A stretch of DNA of 64,000 bases from Octopus bimaculoides (lineage: Eukaryota), in contig NC_068988.1 in NCBI RefSeq assembly GCF_001194135.2, positions 64,395,742 to 64,459,741 of the forward strand, in the 5' to 3' direction. Positions 50,841 through 62,898 of the stretch are shown here, piece after piece; the stretch's first letter is position 1; each line of letters begins with the position of its first letter. The notes below the pieces were generated by a model that was not told the origin of the DNA, ran no database searches, and saw only the letters and a list, made by a program, of their open reading frames with translations. The position numbers were made by a program, and so were the translations under genes.

Positions 50841-50871
<31 letters not shown>

Positions 50872-50882
50872 TTTCAACAGTA

Positions 50883-50922
<40 letters not shown>

Positions 50923-50935
50923 GATTATTATTATT
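50590..50935. repeat. (GAT/GAC)n, (CAT)n and (ATT)n trinucleotide tracts
   Basis: Directly visible. Confidence 0.9.
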
Positions 50936-52104
50936 TCGCTTTGATGTGTGCCTTTGATATTTAGGAGTCAACTTTTGAAAGCAGAAGTGTTGTGTATATA
51001 TATATATATATATATACACACGTTTGTGTGAACGTATGTGTGCGCGCGCACGCGAGCAATATGAAAGTGGATTTGATTGGCAGTGTCGTTTAGTAGAAGG
51101 TACTGTGTGTATGCCTATGCAGACACACACACACGTACACACACACACGTACACACACACACACACACACATATATTTATACTTATATATNNNNNNNNNN
51201 NNNNNNNNNNNNNNNNNNNNNNNNNNNNNNNNNNNNNNNNNNNNNNNNNNNNNNNNNNNNNNNNNNNNNNNNNNNNNNNNNNNNNNNNNNNNNNNNNNNN
51301 NNNNNNNNNNNNNNNNNNNNNNNNNNNNNNNNNNNNNNNNNNNNNNNNNNNNNNNNNNNNNNNNNNNNNNNNNNNNNNNNNNNNNNNNNNNNNNNNNNNN
51401 NNNNNNNNNNNNNNNNTATATATATATACTTACGCATATGAAATATGAACGTATATATATATATATATATATATATATTCATGTATATTTTTATACGTAT
51501 ATACGCACACGTACATACACACACACACACAAACACATATCTTTGAACATTGCCTTTCATCCTTCAGGGATCGATAAGAAAAAGTACGAGTCGAGAGTAA
51601 TGAATTGGCGGAACCGTTAAAAGTTTTTGCGCAGTTCATTCCAGGTCTTTAAGTTCTAAGTATCCAGGTATGCGTAAAAGAATTTGTCTGCATCTAACCA
51701 ACAATAAAAGTCTTGTTTAAAACATTCCCGAAAGCAAAAGACCTCTTTTTTACCCTATGCGCATGCGTACCCATGTCTATGTTTCTATGTAAGTCTTTGG
51801 ACATGTCTAATAACTTAATTTACCCTCCACGTTTGGAACGAGGCAGAAATGCATGAAGTATTCTCACCAATTCCGGCTAGAACGATTTTCGTCTGCCTCC
51901 GATATATATTATATTTTTTCAAGGCAGCACGTCCATCTTTGAAAGAAAACTTCCGTAAATTTGTTTTCTGCGTTGTATGCATTTACATTAGGTATGATAC
52001 ATAGATGCCTGTTATAATCTAATAGCGTTTCTGTTGCATATAACGGATATATGTGTAAGTGAGTGCGTTTAGATGAATGTCTGTTTAAATTTATGCATGT
52101 TCAT

Positions 52105-52205
52105 ACACATTCACGTACTGGGGTTGAATCGTTTGGCTTAAATTCTTCGAGGCGATGCTCCAGCATAACCGCAGTTCAATGACTGAAACAAATAAAAGGA
52201 TAATA
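52105..52205 (+). mobile_element. SINE family A 3' end immediately upstream of another A copy
   Basis: GGCGATGCTCCAGCATAACCGCAGTTCAATGACTGAAACAAATAAAAG. Confidence 0.8.
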
Positions 52206-52224
52206 GAATAAAATAATATATATA

Positions 52225-52385
52225 CAGCAGGAGTGGCTGTGTGGTAAGTAGCTTGCTTACCAACCACTGGTTCCGGGTTCAGTCCCACTGCATGGCACCT
52301 TGAGCAAGTTTCTTCTACTATAGCCTCGGGCCGACCAAAGCCTTGTGAGTGGATTTGGTAGACGGAAACTGAAAGAAGCCTGTCG

Positions 52386-52419
<34 letters not shown>

Positions 52420-53048
52420 NNNNNNNNNNNNNNNNNNNNNNNNNNNNNNNNNNNNNNNNNNNNNNNNNNNNNNNNNNNNNNNNNNNNNNNNNNNNNNNNN
52501 NNNNNNNNNNNNNNNNNNNNNNNNNNNNNNNNNNNNNNNNNNNNNNNNNNNNNNNNNNNNNNNNNNNNNNNNNNNNNNNNNNNNNNNNNNNNNNNNNNNN
52601 NNNNNNNNNNNNNNNNNNNNNNNNNNNNNNNNNNNNNNNNNNNNNNNNNNNNNNNNNNNNNNNNNNNNNNNNNNNNNNNNNNNNNNNNNNNNNNNNNNNN
52701 NNNNNNNNNNNNNNNNNNNNNNNNNNNNNNNNNNNNNNNNNNNNNNNNNNNNNNNNNNNNNNNNNNNNNNNNNNNNNNNNNNNNNNNNNNNNNNNNNNNN
52801 NNNNNNNNNNNNNNNNNNNNNNNNNNNNNNNNNNNNNNNNNNNNNNNNNNNNNNNNNNNNNNNNNNNNNNNNNNNGCTTGACAACCGATGCTGGTGTGTT
52901 TGCGTCCCCGTAACTTAGCGGTTCGGCAAAAGAGACCGATAGAATAAGTACTAGGCTTACAAAGAATAAGTTCCGGGGTCGATTTGCTCGACTAAAGGCG
53001 GTGCTCCAGCATGGCCACAGTCAAATGACTGAAACAAGTAAAAGAGAG
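52225..53048 (+). mobile_element. SINE family A, young full-length copy whose central (AT)n contains an assembly gap
   Basis: GCAGGAGTGGCTGTGTGGTAAG..GGTTCAGTCCCACTGC..CTTGAGCAAG..GAAAGAAGCCTGTCG-(AT)n-gap-GCTTGACAACCGATG...GACTGAAACAAGTAAAAGAG. Confidence 0.9.
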
Positions 53049-53270
53049 AGAATATACACACACACACGCACACACATACATACATATAAATACACTCACA
53101 CACACACTCATATATACATATATATGTAAAAATGTTTTTGCGTATATACGTATATAAATACACACACAGACGCATATATACATATACACATATATATATA
53201 CACATATATATATACACATAAGCACATACACACATATATAGAGGTGTGTGTGTGTGTGTGTGTGTGCGTG

Positions 53271-53308
<38 letters not shown>

Positions 53309-54436
53309 GCTGTAGACAGTGTCATGTAGCAGACTACGATGTCACTTGTAAAATATGGTGAATTATTGATTTAAAGAACGCCAATTCTGTGTCGGATTCT
53401 CAAACAACAAGGGTTTCCTCACGTATCCCCTCAGTACGCACGTGTTGCTGTTCTGTCCGTTCTCATCCCGAAGGACATCTGAATTCTGTTACGCTTGATA
53501 CCACCGAGATGTCACAGCTGATGGCGAATATACCAGATCATTTTATCGAAGTCACTCGTTAACGATCACTAGTATGGCGTTTCAAATAACACCTATACAT
53601 AATGCATGAATGTATTGGGTGCAACTAATTTGTGTGTGTGTGCGTGCGCGCGCGTTAATGCGTTTGTGTGTGTGTGTGTGNNNNNNNNNNNNNNNNNNNN
53701 NNNNNNNNNNNNNNNNNNNNNNNNNNNNNNNNNNNNNNNNNNNNNNNNNNNNNNNNNNNNNNNNNNNNNNNNNNNNNNNNNNNNNNNNNNNNNNNNNNNN
53801 NNNNNNNNNNNNNNNNNNNNNNNNNNNNNNNNNNNNNNNNNNNNNNNNNNNNNNNNNNNNNNNNNNNNNNNNNNNNNNNNNNNNNNNNNNNNNNNNNNNN
53901 NNNNNNNNNNNNNNNNNNNNNNNNNNNNNNNNNNNNNNNNNNNNNNNNNNNNNNNNNNNNNNNNNNNNNNNNNNNNNNNNNNNNNNNNNNNNNNNNNNNN
54001 NNNNNNNNNNNNNNNNNNNNNNNNNACACCTATACATAATGCATGAATGTATTGGGTGCAACTAATTTGTGTGTGTGTGCGTGCGCGCGCGTTAATGCGT
54101 TTGTGTGTGTGTGTGTGTATGTGTGTGTGTTCCTATACAATGATGTATCTTTTACTATTATGTCGGTTATATGTATAGATATTAACGTATGTATATGGAC
54201 ATATAAACATGTACATATGCATATATTCAACACACACACACATATACATACATATATACAGGTATATATATATACATACACACATATATATATTCAAATA
54301 TACACACATATGCAAATATAGATACATATAAAAACATGTATAAACACACATACGACTCGTATATGACTTACATATATACTCACACATACAAATATACATA
54401 CACTTATTTATACCTTTACATGTATATATAAATATA

Positions 54437-54471
<35 letters not shown>

Positions 54472-54657
54472 ATGCCTGTATGTACCTATGCATATATGTA
54501 TGTATGGATGAATACTTCTATGTGTGTATGCGTATGCTTTAATGTAATTCGGAATCATATGACATTACGAAATATGATTTGGATATGAAACCATCAGATT
54601 TTCACGAATGAAGTGGTATCTAAGTAGATATCACGTCAAATCACATTCTATCCCCGC

Positions 54658-54688
<31 letters not shown>

Positions 54689-54696
54689 CATACATA

Positions 54697-54884
54697 CAGT
54701 GCCAGATTTATCATTGTACTTAGGTATACTTAAACACAGGGCCCCGTTGACCAGGACGAAGCCCATCTTCCTGCCGCTAAAATGCTTTACGATGAATTTC
54801 CTGAGCATGTATGCCTGACTATCCAAGTAAGGAGCCTCGTCACTTAACTAGCACAGAGCCTCATTTGTCCTTAATCTGGCACTG
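54697..54884. mobile_element. hAT-type MITE (188 bp) inserted in (TACA)n
   Basis: Perfect 12-bp TIR CAGTGCCAGATT / AATCTGGCACTG; 8-bp flanks catacata on both sides. Confidence 0.85.
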
Positions 54885-54957
54885 CATACATACATACATA
54901 CATACATACATACATACATACATACATACATACATACATACAAATACATACGTACGT

Positions 54958-55075
54958 ACATTGATAAGGAGTATGCAATTCCAGTGCCCGATATTCACTT
55001 TCACCGTCATTCTTATTATTCTTGGAGCAACAGGATACATACCGATGTGTCTGGAGGAAAATATAGCTGAAAATC
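54958..55075 (+). pseudogene. Short R4/Dong-like non-LTR endonuclease C-terminal fragment
   Basis: LIRSMQFQCPIFTFTVILIILGATGYIPMCLEENIAE resembles the recalled LLRNLQ.LYP.YKF..IPIIIGA.GY motif; only about 120 bp. Confidence 0.5.
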
Positions 55076-55270
55076 ATACATATATATACATACATACACA
55101 CATACATACATACATACACACATACATACATACATACACACACACATACATACATACATACACATATACATACATGCACACATACATACATACATACATA
55201 CATACATACACACATACATACATGCACATATACATACATACACATATACATACATGCACACATACATACA

Positions 55271-55306
<36 letters not shown>

Positions 55307-56242
55307 TACATACATATATTTATATACGTACAGCCTACATGTGTGAGTATGTGTGTGTGTTTCCGTGTACGTATCTTTGTATCTATATGTGTTTGTCTTT
55401 ATGTATGAGAGGATAAATGAAATAATATTTGAGCAAATAACAATACATATATATCTGTGTGAAAGCAAACGCAGTGCAAGTGTATTAAATCGTAACGGTT
55501 AAGTGCGACTTATCTTTGAAAATCTTTGAAAAACGGAGATAAAAAATGTTATTGTGTTATTTCAATTGTTATAATTTTGGCTACTTAGATTTAACTATTT
55601 GGAGGTAGATAATTGCAAAATAGATATTACGAAGAATGTCTGCAATAACCAAGCATCTCTGAACATCATTTTTGGAATAAGATCAATAATTTTTCATTTA
55701 AACAAAACTAGCAACGAAGATTTGTGAAACTGGCTTGTATATAAGGTGCGACGTATATGTGAGAATCGATTGTAGCTGTTTAAACACGAAAGACGTTGTT
55801 TCTTTCAGAACCCAGATAGACTTAGAGTAGGAGGAAGAGTTACGCTAAATAGCCTTTTGAGTCATTGAAATGTGTGAGCATGATGATAATGTCTTATTCT
55901 AAAGCAGTTACATTAAGACCGAATAAATATGATGGAGTAGAATTGCTATCGTATTTGATATTAGCACAATGGATTAGAATTTTTGAAAATCGTTCTCATA
56001 AAATCATGATCTGTAAAGAAGTGAAACTTCAACTTTTGTTAAATATATATCGATAAATTGAGTACCAGTGATGAATAAGATCTGGGGTTGAGGTGAGGTA
56101 ATGGAGGGACACACGTGAAAGCGGAGACTCTAGTATGGCCGTTATCCAGTGACTGAAACCGATAAAAGAATGAAGTCATATATTTTTATAGATGTGTATA
56201 TAAGTGTACGACTAACCGTTCATGTGTTTCAATATATTTTTT

Positions 56243-56570
56243 TCCTTTTATTCTTTTACTTGTTTCAGTCATTTGACTGCGGCCATGCTGGAGCATCGCC
56301 TTTAGTAGAAGAAATCGACCCCAGGACTTATTATTTGTAAGCCTAGTACTTATTCTATCGGCTTCTTTTGCTGAACCGCTAAAGTTACGGGAACGTAAAC
56401 ACACCAGCATCAGTCGTCAAGCGATGGTGGGGGGACAAACACAGACTTCTACAAGGCTTTGGCCAGCACGAGGCTATAGTAGAAGACATTTGTCCAAGGT
56501 GCCACGCAGTGGGACTGAACCCGGAACCATGGTTGGAAAGCAAGCTTCTTACCACACAGCCACGCCTGCA
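56243..56570 (-). mobile_element. SINE family A, young copy with the central microsatellite region deleted
   Basis: Highly similar to the reverse complement of 52225-53048; junction GACAAACACAGAC|TTCTACAAGGC. Confidence 0.9.
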
Positions 56571-56718
56571 CATGTAGGTAGCCTGAAAGACAGAAATTAG
56601 AGAAGTGAGAGAAGTGGCGCACTTCCTTTTAATTAAGTCAGATAGATTAAAATGTATTTCAACAAAACTCTTAATGAGCATAAGGCATGTGTACACTACT
56701 ACTACTATTATTATTATT

Positions 56719-56766
<48 letters not shown>

Positions 56767-57347
56767 NNNNNNNNNNNNNNNNNNNNNNNNNNNNNNNNNN
56801 NNNNNNNNNNNNNNNNNNNNNNNNNNNNNNNNNNNNNNNNNNNNNNNNNNNNNNNNNNNNNNNNNNNNNNNNNNNNNNNNNNNNNNNNNNNNNNNNNNNN
56901 NNNNNNNNNNNNNNNNNNNNNNNNNNNNNNNNNNNNNNNNNNNNNNNNNNNNNNNNNNNNNNNNNNNNNNNNNNNNNNNNNNNNNNNNNNNNNNNNNNNN
57001 NNNNNNNNNNNNNNNNNNNNNNNNNNNNNNNNNNNNNNNNNNNNNNNNNNNNNNNNNNNNNNNNNNNNNNNNNNNNNNNNNNNNNNNNNNNNNNNNNNNN
57101 NNNNNNNNNNNNNNNNNNNNNNNNNNNNNNNNNNNNNNNNNNNNNNNNNNNNNNNNNNNNNNNNNNNNNNNNNNNNNNNNNNNNNNNNNNNNNNNNNNNN
57201 NNNNNNNNNNNNNNNNNNNNNNNNNNNNNNNNNNNNNNNNNNNNNNNNNNNNNNNNNNNNNNNNNNNNNNNNNNNNNNNNNNNNNNNNNNNNNNNNNNNN
57301 NNNNNNNNNNNNNNNNNNNNNNNNNNNNNNNNNNNNNNNNNNNNNNN

Positions 57348-57387
<40 letters not shown>

Positions 57388-57744
57388 ATACATTTATATA
57401 CATACATAACACATTAATACATACATACATACATGCATACATACATACATACATACATACATACATACATACATACATACATACATACCCATACAAGTAC
57501 GATCGTCTAACATCAGATTTACGTGTGTCTACATAAGTACGTGAATACGTATTTATAAGTGTCTCATAAATTAACTAGTAGTTACTACGTAGGGTTTCAG
57601 ATGCGCTTAGATGCTCGTCAGACAACACCATCGAAGCAACTGTACGTGCTTTCACAAAAACGTGTATCGAACACACTTTACATATATGAGAGCGTCTGCG
57701 CGCGTGTGCGTGTGCGTGTATATACGTATGCATGCATGTATGTG

Positions 57745-57832
<88 letters not shown>

Positions 57833-58172
57833 GAACAATACCCTCATTAATCATCGCAGCACATACGAAATCTGTTCGAATGTGTTTTAAAGCAGCTATT
57901 TAAAGTCTTAGTCATTTAAAATATTTTTTTCTTCACCATGTCGATTCTTCAACCCCCTGCCCCTTCCCTGATTCTTCACTTTCTTTTAGCCACTTCTTTC
58001 TCTACCCCACTCTCTTCTGTACAGATGTGTACGTGTGTGTATATACATATATATTTATATATCTGAACATAAATGTGTAAATGTGTATATGCATATATAT
58101 GTATATATGTATATGCATGTGTATATAGGTATATATACTTATGTATGAATGTATAAATATAAATTTATGTAT

Positions 58173-58228
<56 letters not shown>

Positions 58229-58275
58229 NNNNNNNNNNTGTGTGTCTGTGTATACATATGTGTGTGTGTGTAGGA

Positions 58276-58307
<32 letters not shown>

Positions 58308-58625
58308 TTGTGTGTGTGCGTGTGTGTGTGTGTGTATAAAGGTATATATATATATATATATATTTGCATCTGTCTGCATCATTCTCTTTCTGATCCGCCT
58401 TCTATAGTTATTTCTTTCCTTCTTTCTCCCTTTCCACACACCTTTACCCCACCCTAGCCACATATACACACACTCATTATCTTATCTGAGTATCTACCCA
58501 GTTCCCTCCCTCCTTCCCTCTATCTTTCTCTCTCTCTCTTTCATTCACCTCACCAGTTATAATTACCTCACCGACTAATTAAGATATCCATGCTTGTATC
58601 AAGTCTACCTCATTAGAGAATACCC

Positions 58626-58662
<37 letters not shown>

Positions 58663-58853
58663 ACACACACACACACACACAGATGCACATAGAATAAATC
58701 TAGTTGTCTACTAACTTACACACACATACACATATATACAATATAAACAATGACATACACATATACATTCCTATATATATTCATGCTTATATACATAACT
58801 ACACACTAACATACATAGATATGTACACAGATATTCAGACAATATTCATACAA

Positions 58854-58895
<42 letters not shown>

Positions 58896-59400
58896 NNNNN
58901 NNNNNNNNNNNNNNNNNNNNNNNNNNNNNNNNNNNNNNNNNNNNNNNNNNNNNNNNNNNNNNNNNNNNNNNNNNNNNNNNNNNNNNNNNNNNNNNNNNNN
59001 NNNNNNNNNNNNNNNNNNNNNNNNNNNNNNNNNNNNNNNNNNNNNNNNNNNNNNNNNNNNNNNNNNNNNNNNNNNNNNNNNNNNNNNNNNNNNNNNNNNN
59101 NNNNNNNNNNNNNNNNNNNNNNNNNNNNNNNNNNNNNNNNNNNNNNNNNNNNNNNNNNNNNNNNNNNNNNNNNNNNNNNNNATTGCATACATTCATACAT
59201 ACATACATGCTTATATGTATGTGTGTGTGTGTAATTGAAATTTATAGGAAAACAAAAGACGGAGATAAGTGTATTAGTTTGACGCTCGGGAAAATGAAAA
59301 AGTCTTTTACGTTTCGAACCTACGCTCTTCGGTAGAAAGGAATAGGAGAAAATCGCATACATACGTACGTAAGTACATACATACATACATAAATACATAC

Positions 59401-59431
<31 letters not shown>

Positions 59432-59849
59432 CATACATACATACATACATACATACATACGTACGTATATTCGTAATTGCATACACACAGGCACATATTC
59501 TACACAATCACAAATACATACACACAAGCATACAAACATTGATTCATTTATTCATTTATTCACACCCATATATACATACTGCTGTGCTGTGAGTTATATA
59601 ACAACCCGTATGGCATTAAGATAACAATAACATGACATTATAATTATTCTAATGATTACAACAAAACAAAACAAAAAGAAAAACAAACAAAAGCAAGCAA
59701 TAACATCTGTTAGTCATGAGGGTTCCAGTAGCTTGGCCGATGGAGTAGTCTTGCTTGGATAGTGGCTTCCTAACCTCACTTCTACAAACCTTATACATAT
59801 CAACCCACTGCAGAGAAAACCTAACTTTACATCACTTGGAAAATATACG

Positions 59850-60010
59850 CATCAAGGAGGATTAACCTACTAGAAATAGCAGCCAAATCTCCCTCACTTC
59901 ATAGCATGCTGTTAGGAACAACAAAATTTGACAATGTGGTTAGTGTGGTTCTGGGTTCTATGTATACAGGAAAAATCGACAGGTTGGTCATAGCTGGGAT
60001 AGTTTTGGTT
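59850..60010. repeat. Family F copy
   Basis: CTACTAGAAATAGCAGCCAAATCTCCCTC...GGTTGGTCATAGCTGGGATAG. Confidence 0.7.
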
Positions 60011-60122
60011 ATATGTCTGTTTACTTCATCATAGAGATTAAACAATACATTTTATATTGGGTTCTATATACGATGTATATAGTGTGCTATGAAGTTCATT
60101 CGATACATACACAAACGTACAT

Positions 60123-60196
<74 letters not shown>

Positions 60197-60384
60197 CCCT
60201 CTCTCCCTCTTCCTCTCTTTCTCTCTCTGACCAGGTAACCATGTACTTCCGCTATAGCAAGACACCTGTTTCTGTGTCTCTGTCACACTCTAACCTTTCT
60301 TCATCTGACACAAGATCACCTCCTCCAATGCCCCCTTCACCTCTCAAAATTCCTTGTTTTGCAAGTTACTTGGTGACCCTGCCG

Positions 60385-60575
60385 GACCCATGCATCTCTA
60401 TGCCACTGAGGTTATCTAAGGCAAAGGCCGATACAGCCTGGCGTTACAATTCATTTCCACAGCTGAGTGAACGTTAAACGTTAACGTTAAATAAAGTGTC
60501 TTGCTCAAAAACACAATACACAACCTGGTCCAGGAATTGAACTGACTACCTAATGATTGTGAGCCCGATGCTCCT
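60385..60575 (-). mobile_element. CORE-like SINE
   Basis: GGCAAAGGCCGATACAGC..CACAGCTGAGTG..AAATAAAGTGTCTTGCTCAA..CCAGGAATTGAACT. Confidence 0.75.
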
Positions 60576-60579
60576 CGGA

Positions 60580-60785
60580 TCAACTCCGTATCAAGCAGAC
60601 CAATGATCACAGATATTCCAACTGTGACCATCACGGCTTATTTTAGATATTTGTTTGACCACATCCATTATCAAACGTGTCTTCTTACACAAAACAGGCG
60701 TGTGTGTATTTGAGTTTCAATTGGTTGCTATTTCTAGCATATCGTGTGAGCACGTAGAGCACGTAGAGCACGTAGAGGCCCCTTT
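60580..60785. repeat. Family F copy ending in (GAGCACGTA)x3
   Basis: GCAGACCAATGATCA..GTGACCATC..GGTTGCTATTTCTAGC. Confidence 0.7.
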
Positions 60786-61309
60786 CTTAACAACCACCAA
60801 CACCATCAACTACTACCACCGCCACTCCTCATTTGTTCTCGATCAGATTGAGTTTAAAGCGAAAACATCAGCAGAAAAAAGAAAAAAAAACTTAGATGAG
60901 TCAATGAGACACGATGCCGCCGCCGCTGCTGCTGCCACTACTACCAACGCCGCTACTGCTGCCACCACTGGCCTACATACACACTAATAAATATACATTG
61001 ACGCCTTCGTTTTTTTTCTTTTTGCTTTTTCAATATTCTAATACGTGAGCGTGTGTCGCTAACAAAGACATTTGAGTCTCCACGGTCCAGTTCGTTGACT
61101 ATAAATATAGATTTATTTGATAATATAGATTTAATATAGATTTCTTTTTTAACTTGGCCTATAGCCAGACTTACAAGTAGAATAACAAAAGACTTATTTG
61201 GTCATCGAATCGATCTTGCTGGGGGTTTTTTTGGTTTTTCTTTTGGTGGTGGTGGGGGGTCATTTAAAAATTTTTCTTTTTAAGCTTGTACTTTTCTTTC
61301 TTTATTTTA

Positions 61310-61975
61310 TTATATTATTGACCTCCGGTGAAATTTGAACTCAGCACGTTGATGGAAAGAAGTTAAAATAATGATTTATATACCATTGGCACAAGGCCAC
61401 ACATTTCGGAAAGTAGGGGAGACATATAGTTAATTAAATGGCGGAGTTTCGTAATAGCTATCGCTACCTCATGGGGAAATATAAGGTCAAGGAATTGGGT
61501 GGGGTTTTTCTTTCCTTCCTTTTTTTCCCCTTTTTTTTTTTTTTTTTTTTTTGCAGTTTCAGTTTTTCTAGTATTCGTGTGTCTCATACAACGAGAATTA
61601 TGATTCTGAAAGATCTTTTTTCTTTTTTTTTCTTTTTTTTTTCCTAAAATTTTTTACTTGTTTATATTTTTGCTTCCCAATTTCGTGTCTTCTTCTCCTT
61701 CCCCTATGAGATAGTGATAGCTATTCCGAAACTCCATCAATTAAATTTCCCCCCACTGCTTTTTATTTTATTGACAGCGGAAGGATGAAAGTCAAAAAAT
61801 TGACTCCGGCGGGAATTGAACTTAGGAATATAAATATTGATTTTGGAAAATAGGCTCAAGGCTAGAATTTTTTTCAATTCTTTATGCTATATTTATTTTT
61901 TAATTTTTTTATTTTTTAAAAGAGAGACAAGGTATTAGTCGATTAAATCGATCCCAGCACTTTATTTGGTTGCCA
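61310..61975 (-). mobile_element. Several degenerate family B SINE pieces
   Basis: GACCTCCGGTGAAATTTGAACTCAG, GGCACAAGGCC, GGAAGGATGAAAGTCAA..CCGGCGGGAATTGAAC, GTCGATTAAATCGATCCCAG. Confidence 0.7.
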
Positions 61976-62019
61976 TTAACAGTTGTTCGTGTTACTGTCA
62001 TCATCGCTATCGTCGAAGT

Positions 62020-62190
62020 TGCTTAAGTCCAGATTAAACCTGACCGAATAGATATATGATTAAATGCTTTTCAACCTTGACCATCCCTCCTGTATGTTTC
62101 TATACATCATAAACAACTTTGTTCAATGTGCCCTAATTTATTAAAGACAGTAGGATGTCCTTTCAAGGTGACCTCGTTGCCATTTCTTTT
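62020..62190. repeat. Family F copy
   Basis: CCAGATTAAACCTGACCGAATAGA..CTTGACCATCCC..TAAAGACAGTAGGATG. Confidence 0.6.
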
Positions 62191-62834
62191 AACAAATTCC
62201 ATTGTTAGTTCAAATAATAAATGAGTATATGCATATATACGTACATGTATGTACATACCTACATCTACCTGTATATATAGATGCATATCTGGGTACAGGA
62301 CGTTGCAAACAAAATGTAGACAAAATAATAAACAGAGTGACTTTTTTGGGGCAAAAAAAATACCCAGTTATAGTTAGGTTAAATGAAATAAAATAATTAC
62401 TGTTTATTGTTGTTTCTTTGTTAGTTTAGCGACGACATTACGTGTGATTGAGAGGTATCAACAGACTTTTCAATTGCGTTCATCCCGCCTATAATGTTAG
62501 ACCCATCTAACGATTGTCTCATAGTCGTAAAAACCATTATTTTGAATGTATATTTATATTTATACCCACTATCTATATCATTTGTTTGTTTTCGTCACCG
62601 CCATTTACCTTTGGCTCACTTATTCCCAGCAGCATTTTGCTGTTGATGCCACCAAAATGACCAATACGTTAAAGGTGTTAAATTGATTGAATTTTTGAAC
62701 GATAGCTGATGAGGGAAGAACATGTCGACGTCTTGTGTGTGAATTTTCCGTGTGTTCCTTTGGTCGTGTCTTTCTGTGCAATTTTTTAATCTTATATATA
62801 CGTACTCTGACTAACTCTGTTGAATTATTTTATG

Positions 62835-62898
<64 letters not shown>

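Noticed and set aside
53330-53580. 62-codon open frame (KNANSVSDS...HFIEVTR) in unique DNA
   Set aside because: No start or splice context and no recognisable domain
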